Shown: in pieces, positions 7,809-16,305 of the stretch
Numbering within the stretch: the first letter of the stretch is position 1
How the letters are laid out: every line of letters begins with the position of its first letter
Sequence record: PZ379182.1
Source of the DNA: a phage
Strand: one strand, 5' to 3'
Length of the DNA: 46,134 nt
Notes under the pieces: model-generated
The model's input: only the letters and a program-made list of their open reading frames with translations
Databases searched by the model: none
Told to the model about the DNA's origin: nothing
Translations under genes and position numbers: made by a program

Positions 7809-8735
7809 ATGAGTCACCATGATAAGAGCGAAGTGATAGCAAAAATGAAGGGAATGTGGGGCGAATTCTACTCATCGAACCTTGGATGGACAAAGGAGAA
7901 TCTCAGCAAGAAACATGGTCCGTGCCCTTACTGCTTTGGCAGGGATAGGTTTCGCTTCACTGATGAGTTAGGTCAGGAAAAGGGAAATGGCGCAGCAATA
8001 TGCAACCAGTGCGGAAATGATTCTGGTGTTGGCTGGGTTATGAAATGCTCGGGAATGAGTTATAGCGAAACAATAGATACGCTTGGTGATTGGCTGAATC
8101 TCGTTCCAGTAGAGGTTATATCAAAAGCAAACAAAAGAGCATCTCGTACATCACCATACAAAATTGGCGCCAAGATTGATCACGAAAGATGCTTAGAGAT
8201 AATGGAAAGGACGGAAAGAGTAGAATTAACTCCGCTCAGTACATACGAGGGTATCTATAGCGAATTTGGTTTTGATGTTGGCAGGACGAAATCAGGCGAA
8301 CTAATACACGCAGTACCGTGCTTTATGGCTTATAGTGACGGCATATCAGATGATATGTGCAATGTAATGTTTATCAATGAAGATGGAGATGTTAGCTATG
8401 CTGCAAAAGATTATACTCGCCAGTCTGTTTCTATTATTGGCACCTTTAAAGATGATGAGTACGCTTATCTGGTCGATAATTGGATTGATGGTGTTCGCGT
8501 TCATCTTGCTACTGGAAATCGCTGCGTGCTTGTTTGCCACTCCAGCTACAACATGGAAATGGTTGCTTATGCGCTTAGGAACTACAAGTTACGCGTCGCT
8601 TGTACTCGCAACTCTTTTGATTTACTTGCCGTTGCTGACGATCGCAATCTTGATATTGTAATTCCAAATGATGGTAATTTTTTCAAGTCAGGCATAAGAA
8701 AGAGAATATACAAGGCAAACGAATTACTAGACTAA
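7809..8735 (+). CDS. DNA primase (zinc-ribbon plus Toprim-like domain)
   Basis: Track ORF 7773..8735; ATG at 7809 preceded by GGAGG; zinc-binding CPYCFGRDRF...CNQCG followed by primase-like core. Confidence 0.7.
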   Translation: MSHHDKSEVIAKMKGMWGEFYSSNLGWTKENLSKKHGPCPYCFGRDRFRFTDELGQEKGNGAAICNQCGNDSGVGWVMKCSGMSYSETIDTLGDWLNLVPVEVISKANKRASRTSPYKIGAKIDHERCLEIMERTERVELTPLSTYEGIYSEFGFDVGRTKSGELIHAVPCFMAYSDGISDDMCNVMFINEDGDVSYAAKDYTRQSVSIIGTFKDDEYAYLVDNWIDGVRVHLATGNRCVLVCHSSYNMEMVAYALRNYKLRVACTRNSFDLLAVADDRNLDIVIPNDGNFFKSGIRKRIYKANELLD

Positions 8736-8756
8736 CCTCCTTCGGGAGGTTTTTTT
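8736..8756 (+). terminator. intrinsic terminator
   Basis: CCTCC-TTCG-GGAGG hairpin followed by TTTTTTT right after the primase stop. Confidence 0.75.
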
Positions 8757-8822
8757 ATACCTGAAAGATGATACAATCCACTTTAGCAATTAGTGCTACT
8801 TTACAAATGGAGACTTTACACA

Positions 8823-11351
8823 ATGGCAATTTATGACTTAGGAACAGCGTCGCTAGCCGCAAATGGCGAGGTTACTGGCGTCGGGACAACATGGAAAGCA
8901 CCACTTACACTTATTCGTGTAGGTGCAACCATTATTTTTAAAACCAGTCCACTTAAAATTTATACCATCTCTGAAATCATCAGCGACACTCAGATTAATG
9001 TTTACAACCCTAATTCTGAAACTGTTCCTGCCGGAACTGGTTACGCGATTCTTGCTCACGATGGCATTACCGTTCAGGGTTTAGCTCAGGATGTTGCTGA
9101 GACTCTGCGTTACTATCAGTCAAAGGAGACTTCTATTGAAAGTTTGCTGCAATTTATCGGGCAAGATAATTTCGATTGGCCTCGCTTCGAGCAATTAGCA
9201 AACCAATCAGTAACAGGGGCTGCCGAGTCTTTAGCTAGCCAGATTGCTGCCGCAGAGAGCGCCGCTACTGCCGTTAGCGCAAGGGATACAACCACATCAG
9301 CGAGAGATGCTACTATTGAGGCAATTAATAGTGCTGGTGATGCTGGCACAATGGTAACTCTTGCCAATATGGGTATCGGTGGCTCGCTTACACCTCAGTT
9401 GACAGAACTTGACTGGAATACGTTTGATTTCAAATCAGGAGCTAGATACCTATGCCAAAAGTCAGCAATGATCAACGCTCCAGAGGTGATAAATATAACC
9501 TACTCCGATAGCACGCTTTGTGCGATTGAGGTTAAGTCAGCAAGGGGGATTACTGGTGTTAAGAACATACAAGTGTCAGCATCAACCGGATCCGATAATA
9601 CGTACAGGTTGATTGATTTAACTCAGACTGGCACGGCACCAAACAAAACTTACTATTCAAGAGAGGCTCTTTATGTCGCATCAGGAAGTCAGGTTGGCGG
9701 CGCTAGCGCCCAGCGAGTAAGAGGCTTGCTTGATGTTTACTCAAAAAATGAGACTTTTCAAAAATCATTGAATTTATCTGATGTTGCAGATAAAGCAAAA
9801 GCAAGAACCAACCTTGATGTTTACTCAAAGAGCGAATTATCATCAATTTTAAATACAGATTCAAAAAGCACATCAAGCTATAGCGGCTCAATATCTTCAG
9901 CAATAGAAGCCGCTGGCGATGGCGGGTCGGTAGTTATAAGCCCGGGAACTTATGAGAGTAATAACTACTCCTTTGCTGGCAGGAACATATCAGGCTCTGG
10001 ATATAATACCGTAATAAGTGTTAAACCTTTTGAAACCGGACTCACCTCAACGCTATCGGTTCCGCACTGGAGGCAAAAGCATTTATCGGATTTGCAGTTT
10101 ACAGGTACTGCAATACAAGGTAATAACGGCTTTCAATTCCCGGATGACCCTTATGCTGGAAGGGTTGTATTGGATAGGCTTTACTTCAATGACCTGGATG
10201 TTGGTATAAGGAAAAATGCTGGCAACATTGGAAATACCTACAGAAACGTAAGTATTAGAAATGCGAATTACGGGTATCGAGCAAAAGCTCATGACGAAAT
10301 GCATATAGGAGCGGACACTTTATACGGATACCACTCAGATACAATCTCTCAATATTCAGTAATGCTAGATGCGACAAGCACAAGTAGCGCAACGAACCCT
10401 GGCGCTGGAGGAATTGGTGGGTGGTGGATTAGGGATTCAATAATGGAGGCCTCTGCTGGCGGCGGTATAAGGTTAAAGAATAAACCTGGAGATTGCCCAA
10501 CATCACCTTGCGGATTGTCTAACGTATGGTTTGAAGCGATAGCAACTGGTGGGGCAATTAACGTAGGTGAGGGAGCTGAACTCCCAAGGGTTTTGAAGCT
10601 CATCGATACGTCCGTTTTCTTTGCTGAGCATTCTTATATTAATAACATTGAGTTATCAAATTCAAACCTTGTAACTTATGGGTGCAGGTTTGATAACGCT
10701 GATGGGCACCAAAGTTTCTCTCTTGATTCGAACAGTATTATTTTTGCTAAGGATGCATACCTGAATGGCTCTTCAACATCAAACGTTATAGTTGAGTCAC
10801 TGGTATCACAGACAGCCAAGATAACGGGTACATCTGACTTATCTGTTAGAGGATATGTTACTAAAGGTCGAGTTTTTAACCCTGATTCCGGAACTGTTTT
10901 AGTAAGGAGGCCTTTTGGTACTGGTGGGAACAACTTTGGTGGAACAGGGTCGGCAAGTGAAGGTTCTGATACAAGGGGTATACACTCGCAATCATCTGGA
11001 TACTACGAATTGGCTGGTGCGGCTCAGTACGAATTGATAAATGGTGGCTTTAATATAACTTCCGGCAAATGGTATGCTTGGGGTATTTCTGCAAACAGGA
11101 TTCAAGGCGGTGCTGATGGTATTATAAACATTTTTGGTAGCGCATCATTAGGAACTGTATTCACAGAAGCTGGTAAGTGGGTTCATACATTTGGCGTTGG
11201 TAAGGCTTCGGTTTCTGGCGTTGCAAACCTTAACATTAACCTCAATGGATTAACTGGTATGGTATTAAGCCTTGCTGATTATTTTGTTGTAGAATTTGAT
11301 AATCAAAGGGACGCCTTGATATTTGCAAACTCAAGAGTTTCTCTTGCATAA
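8823..11351 (+). CDS. tail fiber / tailspike protein with candidate enzymatic central domain
   Basis: Track ORF 8793..11351; ATG at 8823 (MAIYDLGTASLAANGEVTG...); Gly/Ser/Thr/Asn-rich repetitive beta-type sequence typical of fibers; enzymatic domain is inferred, not shown. Confidence 0.65.
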   Translation: MAIYDLGTASLAANGEVTGVGTTWKAPLTLIRVGATIIFKTSPLKIYTISEIISDTQINVYNPNSETVPAGTGYAILAHDGITVQGLAQDVAETLRYYQSKETSIESLLQFIGQDNFDWPRFEQLANQSVTGAAESLASQIAAAESAATAVSARDTTTSARDATIEAINSAGDAGTMVTLANMGIGGSLTPQLTELDWNTFDFKSGARYLCQKSAMINAPEVINITYSDSTLCAIEVKSARGITGVKNIQVSASTGSDNTYRLIDLTQTGTAPNKTYYSREALYVASGSQVGGASAQRVRGLLDVYSKNETFQKSLNLSDVADKAKARTNLDVYSKSELSSILNTDSKSTSSYSGSISSAIEAAGDGGSVVISPGTYESNNYSFAGRNISGSGYNTVISVKPFETGLTSTLSVPHWRQKHLSDLQFTGTAIQGNNGFQFPDDPYAGRVVLDRLYFNDLDVGIRKNAGNIGNTYRNVSIRNANYGYRAKAHDEMHIGADTLYGYHSDTISQYSVMLDATSTSSATNPGAGGIGGWWIRDSIMEASAGGGIRLKNKPGDCPTSPCGLSNVWFEAIATGGAINVGEGAELPRVLKLIDTSVFFAEHSYINNIELSNSNLVTYGCRFDNADGHQSFSLDSNSIIFAKDAYLNGSSTSNVIVESLVSQTAKITGTSDLSVRGYVTKGRVFNPDSGTVLVRRPFGTGGNNFGGTGSASEGSDTRGIHSQSSGYYELAGAAQYELINGGFNITSGKWYAWGISANRIQGGADGIINIFGSASLGTVFTEAGKWVHTFGVGKASVSGVANLNINLNGLTGMVLSLADYFVVEFDNQRDALIFANSRVSLA

Positions 11352-11380
11352 AAAAAGCCCCGAAAGGGGCTTTATCTTTT
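11352..11380. terminator. bidirectional intrinsic terminator between convergent tail fiber and SSB genes
   Basis: AAAAAAAGCCCCGAAAGGGGCTTTATCTTTT; hairpin flanked by A-run and T-run. Confidence 0.75.
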
Positions 11381-11381
11381 A

Positions 11382-11837
11382 TCAGAATGGAATATCTCCG
11401 TCGAATGTGTTTTGCTGTTGTTGTTGTTGTTGTTGCTGTTGATGTTGTTGTTGCTGTTGATGTTGCGGTTGATGGCGCTGTTGTTGCTCTGTATTTTTAT
11501 GTTGCTGTGCACCCTCACCACGCTGACTAAACTCAAGACGAGGATTGTTCATGTTAATTGTTATGTAAGTCTTGCCATCTTTATCTCGAACATCTAATGC
11601 TAACGTCTCACAACTTACGCTAACAATCTTCCCTTCCTGAAACGCTTCGTTATACCATGTAAGCATTGATTCCTTTGCGAAGAAGACGGCACGATAGTTG
11701 CTATACTGAGATTGACCATCTTTATCCTTGTAACGCTCACTTAAATCAACCGCGTACATCTTCCAACTGCCATTTGCATTCTGACCTTCTTTAGTGAACG
11801 GAGCGCGACGGATAACACCAGTGATTACATGACTCAT
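11382..11837 (-). CDS. ssb: single-stranded DNA-binding protein with glutamine-rich linker
   Basis: 151 aa; OB-fold-like N-terminus, C-terminal acidic tail DGDIPF, poly-Q/H linker. Confidence 0.85.
   Translation of the reverse strand: MSHVITGVIRRAPFTKEGQNANGSWKMYAVDLSERYKDKDGQSQYSNYRAVFFAKESMLTWYNEAFQEGKIVSVSCETLALDVRDKDGKTYITINMNNPRLEFSQRGEGAQQHKNTEQQQRHQPQHQQQQQHQQQQQQQQQQNTFDGDIPF
11412..11495. repeat. CAG/CAA trinucleotide repeat tract encoding the SSB poly-glutamine linker
   Basis: Plus strand reads (TTG/CTG)n continuously over about 80 nt. Confidence 0.8.
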
Positions 11838-11877
11838 TTTCTTTCTCTCTTAATGTTGGGGCCGCAGCCCCGTTAAA

Positions 11878-12528
11878 TTAGAATGTGTCGATTTCTTGAG
11901 ATTGTACTTCAACTTTTTCTTCTTGAACAGACTTTTGTGCAACCTGTTTAGGTTTTGCAGGATTGAAGCCGTTAGTTGCATTAGCCTGAATTTCTGCCTT
12001 ACGCTCAATGATGTGAGGTTCAATCACCAGCCAACCAGCTGAATCAAGAGACTGCTTAGCTTCTTTGTATACATCACGCAGGTCATCAAGAGTGTTGCAC
12101 TTAGCTAAATCTTTCTTAAATGAGTTGATACCCTTAACTGCAAGCTGACCATCATCATCTGCCTGGCTCAAGCCTAATGCCGCTGTAATTGCATAACGGC
12201 GAGCATATGTAAGTGATGAGCCGTAACCTTGAGCATCTTGCTTGCTGATTGGGACGATTGTCAGGAAGCTGACCCACTCTCCAGATTCTGCATGATAGAC
12301 AGTTGTTTCAACCTTAATTCTAGTTGTGGCTTCATCATCAATCATGCCTTGAAACATGACCAGGCCGCTATCTGCAAGGCCAGGCTCTACAGCCGCCAGT
12401 ACGTCTTCCAGGGTGGCGTACCTGTTCTTTAGGTGCGAGTTCTGCTTTGACTTTTCAGCCTTTGCAAACTTTGATTTGGCCTCAAATAAAGCCTTCAATA
12501 CTTGCTTGTTTTGATCTGAAGTTTTCAT
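11878..12528 (-). CDS. erf: ERF-family single-strand annealing recombinase
   Basis: 216 aa; conserved core with GYGSSLTYARRYAITAALGL motif; located with exonuclease and SSB. Confidence 0.7.
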   Translation of the reverse strand: MKTSDQNKQVLKALFEAKSKFAKAEKSKQNSHLKNRYATLEDVLAAVEPGLADSGLVMFQGMIDDEATTRIKVETTVYHAESGEWVSFLTIVPISKQDAQGYGSSLTYARRYAITAALGLSQADDDGQLAVKGINSFKKDLAKCNTLDDLRDVYKEAKQSLDSAGWLVIEPHIIERKAEIQANATNGFNPAKPKQVAQKSVQEEKVEVQSQEIDTF

Positions 12529-12539
12529 TAACTATCTCT

Positions 12540-12606
12540 CTTTCGTTTCAGTGGGGAAATCATACCTCACCTTTTGATTTTGTCTTTAGCAATTAGTGCT
12601 ATTTTA
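12540..12606 (-). promoter_or_regulatory. intergenic cassette copy between exonuclease and ERF genes
   Basis: Minus strand AAATAGCACTAATTGCTAAAG ... CCCCACTGAAACGAAAGAGAG; motif contains the exonuclease stop codon. Confidence 0.6.
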
Positions 12607-13570
12607 GAAGTTCTTGATACTGCTTACTTACCCACTCAGGAATCATCAAATCTTGCTCTGTAATCCCATTGCTATACCCAGGCCATACATCAAGCTCCTT
12701 GCACTGTTTGTATGTTGCTAGTGCCTCACAATATTGTAAACGACCAATGCGAAGCTGTTCATCTGTAAGCGTGTAGCTCATTGGTAAGTAAGGCTCCGTT
12801 TTTTCCTGCGCCAGAAGTCGAGCCACAACCTTACGCTTCTCGTTAAATGTCTTCACGAACAAGTCACGCTGAAGGCTCATTTTGCACAGGTATCCATGGT
12901 CATAAGCTGACTTGCCAAATCCTCTCGGGCTTGCGTCCGCCGTCGTCTTGTAGTCAGTAATGAAAACCACGCCATCAACAACATCCACGTGATCAAGCCT
13001 AACCTTAACACCACACCCAAGAATCTCACCAAAGATTGATAGCTCTTTCTGTGCTGTTGGTGAGTTAATAATCGCATCGTAAGCTGGGATATTAGTCAGA
13101 ACCTCGCGCATTGAGATTACCTTATCGTAATCTTTCGCAGTAACGAGCTCTTTGCCACTAATTAACGCCTCAGCGCTCTCCTGCTGCTCAATTAACCATT
13201 TAACAGGCCAATCCTCACCAGATTTATACATCATCTCCACGAGCTCGCTATATCCCTTACCTGACGTGCCTGAAACTCCAACTTTTTTAAGCGCTGCGGA
13301 TAAAGCCGTTTGGCTAGTAATCAATCCTTCCACTTCGTCAAAGTCAGTAGCTCGCATGTATGTTGAGTCAAATACCTCGCGCTCTAGCATCATGCAGTGA
13401 CTTAGTGTGCCAAATTTAAGTGCTGCGCTAGAGTTGCTGCGCTGCTTAAATTTCCATTTTGCTGGAGAAGTAGCAAGAATCTCAGCCAGCGAAGAGCCAG
13501 AGATATGGTCTTTCTCTTCGTGATAGGCTTCATTGGTTAGCTCGTCGTTCGTATAAACTTTAAATGTCAT
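12599..13570 (-). CDS. recombination exonuclease (PD-(D/E)xK, RecE/YqaJ-like)
   Basis: 323 aa; D...D/E..K-type motif region (VRLDHVDVVDGVVFITDYKT); synteny with ERF and SSB. Confidence 0.6.
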   Translation of the reverse strand: MTFKVYTNDELTNEAYHEEKDHISGSSLAEILATSPAKWKFKQRSNSSAALKFGTLSHCMMLEREVFDSTYMRATDFDEVEGLITSQTALSAALKKVGVSGTSGKGYSELVEMMYKSGEDWPVKWLIEQQESAEALISGKELVTAKDYDKVISMREVLTNIPAYDAIINSPTAQKELSIFGEILGCGVKVRLDHVDVVDGVVFITDYKTTADASPRGFGKSAYDHGYLCKMSLQRDLFVKTFNEKRKVVARLLAQEKTEPYLPMSYTLTDEQLRIGRLQYCEALATYKQCKELDVWPGYSNGITEQDLMIPEWVSKQYQELLK

Positions 13571-13573
13571 GGC

Positions 13574-13768
13574 TCAATCCTTAATTTTAACAATCTTAAC
13601 AGCTTTCAAATCTTCCTCAGTGAAATATCCGGTCAGAATAGATTTTGCCTCTTCCTTGCTATCGAATCGGTCCGCTTCAGATTTGTGAACTGTATATCCA
13701 GCGGGGCCACCAAAGTAGCAATCGCCGAACAGTGCGTTGTTTTTCTCTTTAATAATGAAGTATGGCAT
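13574..13768 (-). CDS. hypothetical protein
   Basis: 64-aa ORF, first gene of the leftward SSB/ERF/exonuclease operon. Confidence 0.45.
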   Translation of the reverse strand: MPYFIIKEKNNALFGDCYFGGPAGYTVHKSEADRFDSKEEAKSILTGYFTEEDLKAVKIVKIKD

Positions 13769-13900
13769 TTCTCTATCTCTCTATTGTTGTTTGCTTTCGA
13801 TGCGTTAATGATGCCGCACGCAAGACACACAGTCCAATTGGTATCACCGATTAATTAATCAAGTATACGCGTATAAATCCGTAACTATGTGTAGACATTG

Positions 13901-14155
13901 CCATTAGTTACGTTTTTCACCACTTCAGCCCAGCTATAGCTCAATGTAAATAGTGCGTATACCGTGTATACCGATTTTTGCGGAGGGTGCATAGTTATAT
14001 GCGCCACGCAATACTGTATAAAATCACATTATATAAAAATTATAACCGGAACACTCCAGAACAGTAGTTACATGATATACACAGTAATATATATAATAAT
14101 AATAATAAGAGTAAATGGTTGATATATATAGATATTATTATGTAACTATGGCGTA
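13901..14155. repeat. AT-rich regulatory/origin-like module, copy 1 (palindrome, (ATA/TAA)n microsatellite, 30-bp conserved core)
   Basis: GTTACGTTTTTCACC...CAGCCCAGCTATAGCT at 13901-13941, (ATA)n at 14086-14108, core GGTTGATATATATAGATATTATTATGTAAC at 14117-14146; the same blocks recur at 41546-41785. Confidence 0.7.
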
Positions 14156-14309
14156 TCAAAGCGTAACTAGGCGTATACGATTTCCCGCTGATGCATATGG
14201 TATACATAGAGTTACATCGGTTACGCGTAACCAACAGCACGAATAGCTAAAACTAATCCGCAAAACCATGTATAGTTGGTCACACAAAAAAACGAGAGAG
14301 GATTTCAAA

Positions 14310-14999
14310 ATGGTTATCTGGTCTTTATTTGATGGTTCAGGGCTGGCTGTGAAAGATTGGGCCGAAGCTGGTCACGAGTGCTACTGTTTCAACTTTGATG
14401 AGTCTGACCACGGTAGTTACGGGGATTTAAATGCAAAATTTGAACATGAGAACATCACCTACGTTAATGCCTGGATAGATGGCAACTTCGACTTTGATGT
14501 GAAGCCTGATATCATTTTAGCGTTCCCGCCGTGTACGGATTTAGCCGTGAGCGGGTCAAGGCACTTTGAGCGAAAGCGACTGGTTAACCATAACTTCCAG
14601 ATTGAAGCTGCGGAAACATGTAAAGTTGCTTTTAACTTGGCTAATAAGTACGAAGTCCCATACATGATTGAGAATCCAATCAGCGTACTGTCATCACTCT
14701 GGAGAAAGCCTAATAAGACTTTCCACCCATATGAATACGGAGGCTATTTGCCGGAAGATGATTTACACCCGTTTTTTAGCGACCTAATAAAGCCAAAAGA
14801 CGCATATCCCAAGAAGACATGCATTTGGTATGGCAATGGGTTTAAATGGCCAGAGGCGATTCCTGTGGACGTTAACGATGGATTCTCTGACCAATACAAG
14901 AAGCTTGGTGGGAAGAGTAAGAAGACAAAGGTAATTCGCAGTCTAACTCCTCGCGGTTTTGCAAAAGCAGTCTTCATAGCAAATAGCACCAATTGCTAA
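14310..14999 (+). CDS. SAM-dependent DNA methyltransferase, cytosine-C5-like motifs
   Basis: Track ORF 14268..14999; ATG at 14310 with GAGAGGA RBS gives MVIWSLFDGSG (motif I-like), PPC-T-DLAVSG (PC catalytic-motif-like), ENP; short for a typical C5-MTase so specificity is uncertain. Confidence 0.5.
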   Translation: MVIWSLFDGSGLAVKDWAEAGHECYCFNFDESDHGSYGDLNAKFEHENITYVNAWIDGNFDFDVKPDIILAFPPCTDLAVSGSRHFERKRLVNHNFQIEAAETCKVAFNLANKYEVPYMIENPISVLSSLWRKPNKTFHPYEYGGYLPEDDLHPFFSDLIKPKDAYPKKTCIWYGNGFKWPEAIPVDVNDGFSDQYKKLGGKSKKTKVIRSLTPRGFAKAVFIANSTNC

Positions 15000-15060
15000 A
15001 GACAAATCTCAAGGATGAGATATCATTACTCCATTGAAACGAAACACACCTTCTAAGGAA
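14982..15060 (+). promoter_or_regulatory. intergenic cassette copy between methyltransferase and cor-like genes
   Basis: AAATAGCACCAATTGCTAAAG, ATCTCAAGGATGAGAT hairpin, TATCATTACTCCATTGAAACGAAAC. Confidence 0.6.
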
Positions 15061-15067
15061 TACGAAA

Positions 15068-15313
15068 ATGACTAACTTAATCAAACTTTCAATCATCGCA
15101 GCAGCAGCAATCATGATGGTGGGTTGTTCTTCTGCTCCGCGTCCTGACGGATGGTGTGCAACGCAAGCAAACGGCGTGTGCGTGGCTAAATGGGAAAATG
15201 GTGTGGTTGTACCGTCTGGTGAAGTTGATGTGCGATACGCTGGTATTGAGAGCAAGGCTGGCGGCGGTTACGGTGGCTCTGTTGCTGACCATGGGTCTAA
15301 GGAGTGGAAATAA
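15068..15313 (+). CDS. small lipoprotein, Cor-like superinfection-exclusion candidate
   Basis: 81 aa; signal peptide with lipobox MVGCSS; T1/phi80-type phages carry a small lipoprotein cor gene near tail genes. Confidence 0.5.
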   Translation: MTNLIKLSIIAAAAIMMVGCSSAPRPDGWCATQANGVCVAKWENGVVVPSGEVDVRYAGIESKAGGGYGGSVADHGSKEWK

Positions 15314-16275
15314 TGCCTCAAGGAATATTGATTGACCTTAATGATGGAAGGCCACCTATGGAAATAACGGCAGGATTAAGAGCACCCGCTGTGACTGGCT
15401 CAATAAATACCAATGGACTTTCGACGCCAGCATCATCATGGGATTTTGGTTTAACCATGTCCCCAGGCTCAACAGCATTCTGCCTTCCAACAAAGGCTGT
15501 GCACGTTGACGCTTATGATGTTGTACCTGAAGTTTATTATATGAACGGGTTCCAGAAGGTAAATGACGGAACTGGCAGGATAAAACTTAGTAACTTCAAT
15601 GGCGCAAGAGGTCGTATAATTGACTTTGCTGGCAATTGCTTTGAGATACTAGCTGCTTCATCCTCTTCAAGCCCGGGCATACTTGTTGAGAACTCAACTG
15701 ACTTCCTGGCAATTTCAAGTAATTCGCGGTTAATGTCTGCGGCGTGGGTTGGTGGAATCCAAGTTAACGGCGCGGCTTCACTTCCAGTTAGCGGAGTTCC
15801 GTTTGGTAAGTGGGATAACCCAGGAGTTTCTCTGGAGAGCGACGGGAGCACAATTTGGTGCCGAAATATAAACTACACTGGTACAGATGACGTGGCGGCA
15901 AGCACTTACGTGCAACTGGTGATATTCAGAAACGAACCGCCGATAGCTGGACCCGGGCTTACAATGTCTAACAGCTTGGGCCAGATTGTCTTTTCCAGCG
16001 TTAGGCGACCGTTTGTGCTTGGTGGCTTTATACAAATGACTAACGGTTTCCAGTCAATAAATGGTGGATTCTTCCCACTACTTAGGTGTGGAGCTACAAC
16101 AAGGGTTACTGGAGGGTATAACAACTTAAGATACAAAGGCATATGCATGTCTGGCGGCGCCGTAAGGGCCGTTCCAGGGACTGTAATAGGTAACTACTCA
16201 ACGCAGACGGGAGCCCAATTCCCATTCGACACAAACATATCAATGGCTCTACCATTCATACCAAACTTCTACTAA
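15313..16275 (+). CDS. hypothetical Gly/Ser/Thr-rich beta-type protein (possible tail- or receptor-associated)
   Basis: Track ORF 15304..16275 begins at GTG; ATG at 15313 overlaps the cor-like stop and follows AAGGAG; composition resembles fiber proteins. Confidence 0.45.
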   Translation: MPQGILIDLNDGRPPMEITAGLRAPAVTGSINTNGLSTPASSWDFGLTMSPGSTAFCLPTKAVHVDAYDVVPEVYYMNGFQKVNDGTGRIKLSNFNGARGRIIDFAGNCFEILAASSSSSPGILVENSTDFLAISSNSRLMSAAWVGGIQVNGAASLPVSGVPFGKWDNPGVSLESDGSTIWCRNINYTGTDDVAASTYVQLVIFRNEPPIAGPGLTMSNSLGQIVFSSVRRPFVLGGFIQMTNGFQSINGGFFPLLRCGATTRVTGGYNNLRYKGICMSGGAVRAVPGTVIGNYSTQTGAQFPFDTNISMALPFIPNFY

Positions 16276-16300
16276 AAGAAAAGGCCCCGAAAGGGGCCTA
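16276..16300. terminator. bidirectional intrinsic terminator between convergent operons
   Basis: AAAAGAAAAGGCCCCGAAAGGGGCCTAATCATTT. Confidence 0.75.
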
Positions 16301-16305
16301 ATCAT

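Noticed and set aside
8346-8661. ORFs 8346..8540 (-) and 8377..8661 (+) inside the primase gene
   Set aside because: Alternative-frame or antisense ORFs with low-complexity hydrophobic translations, fully contained in the primase coding region
14040-14240. ORF 14040..14240 (-) and ORF 41674..41916 (-) in the AT-rich modules
   Set aside because: Translations are low-complexity (poly-Leu/Tyr/Ile) products of the ATA/TAA repeats; no RBS; the regions are better explained as non-coding regulatory DNA
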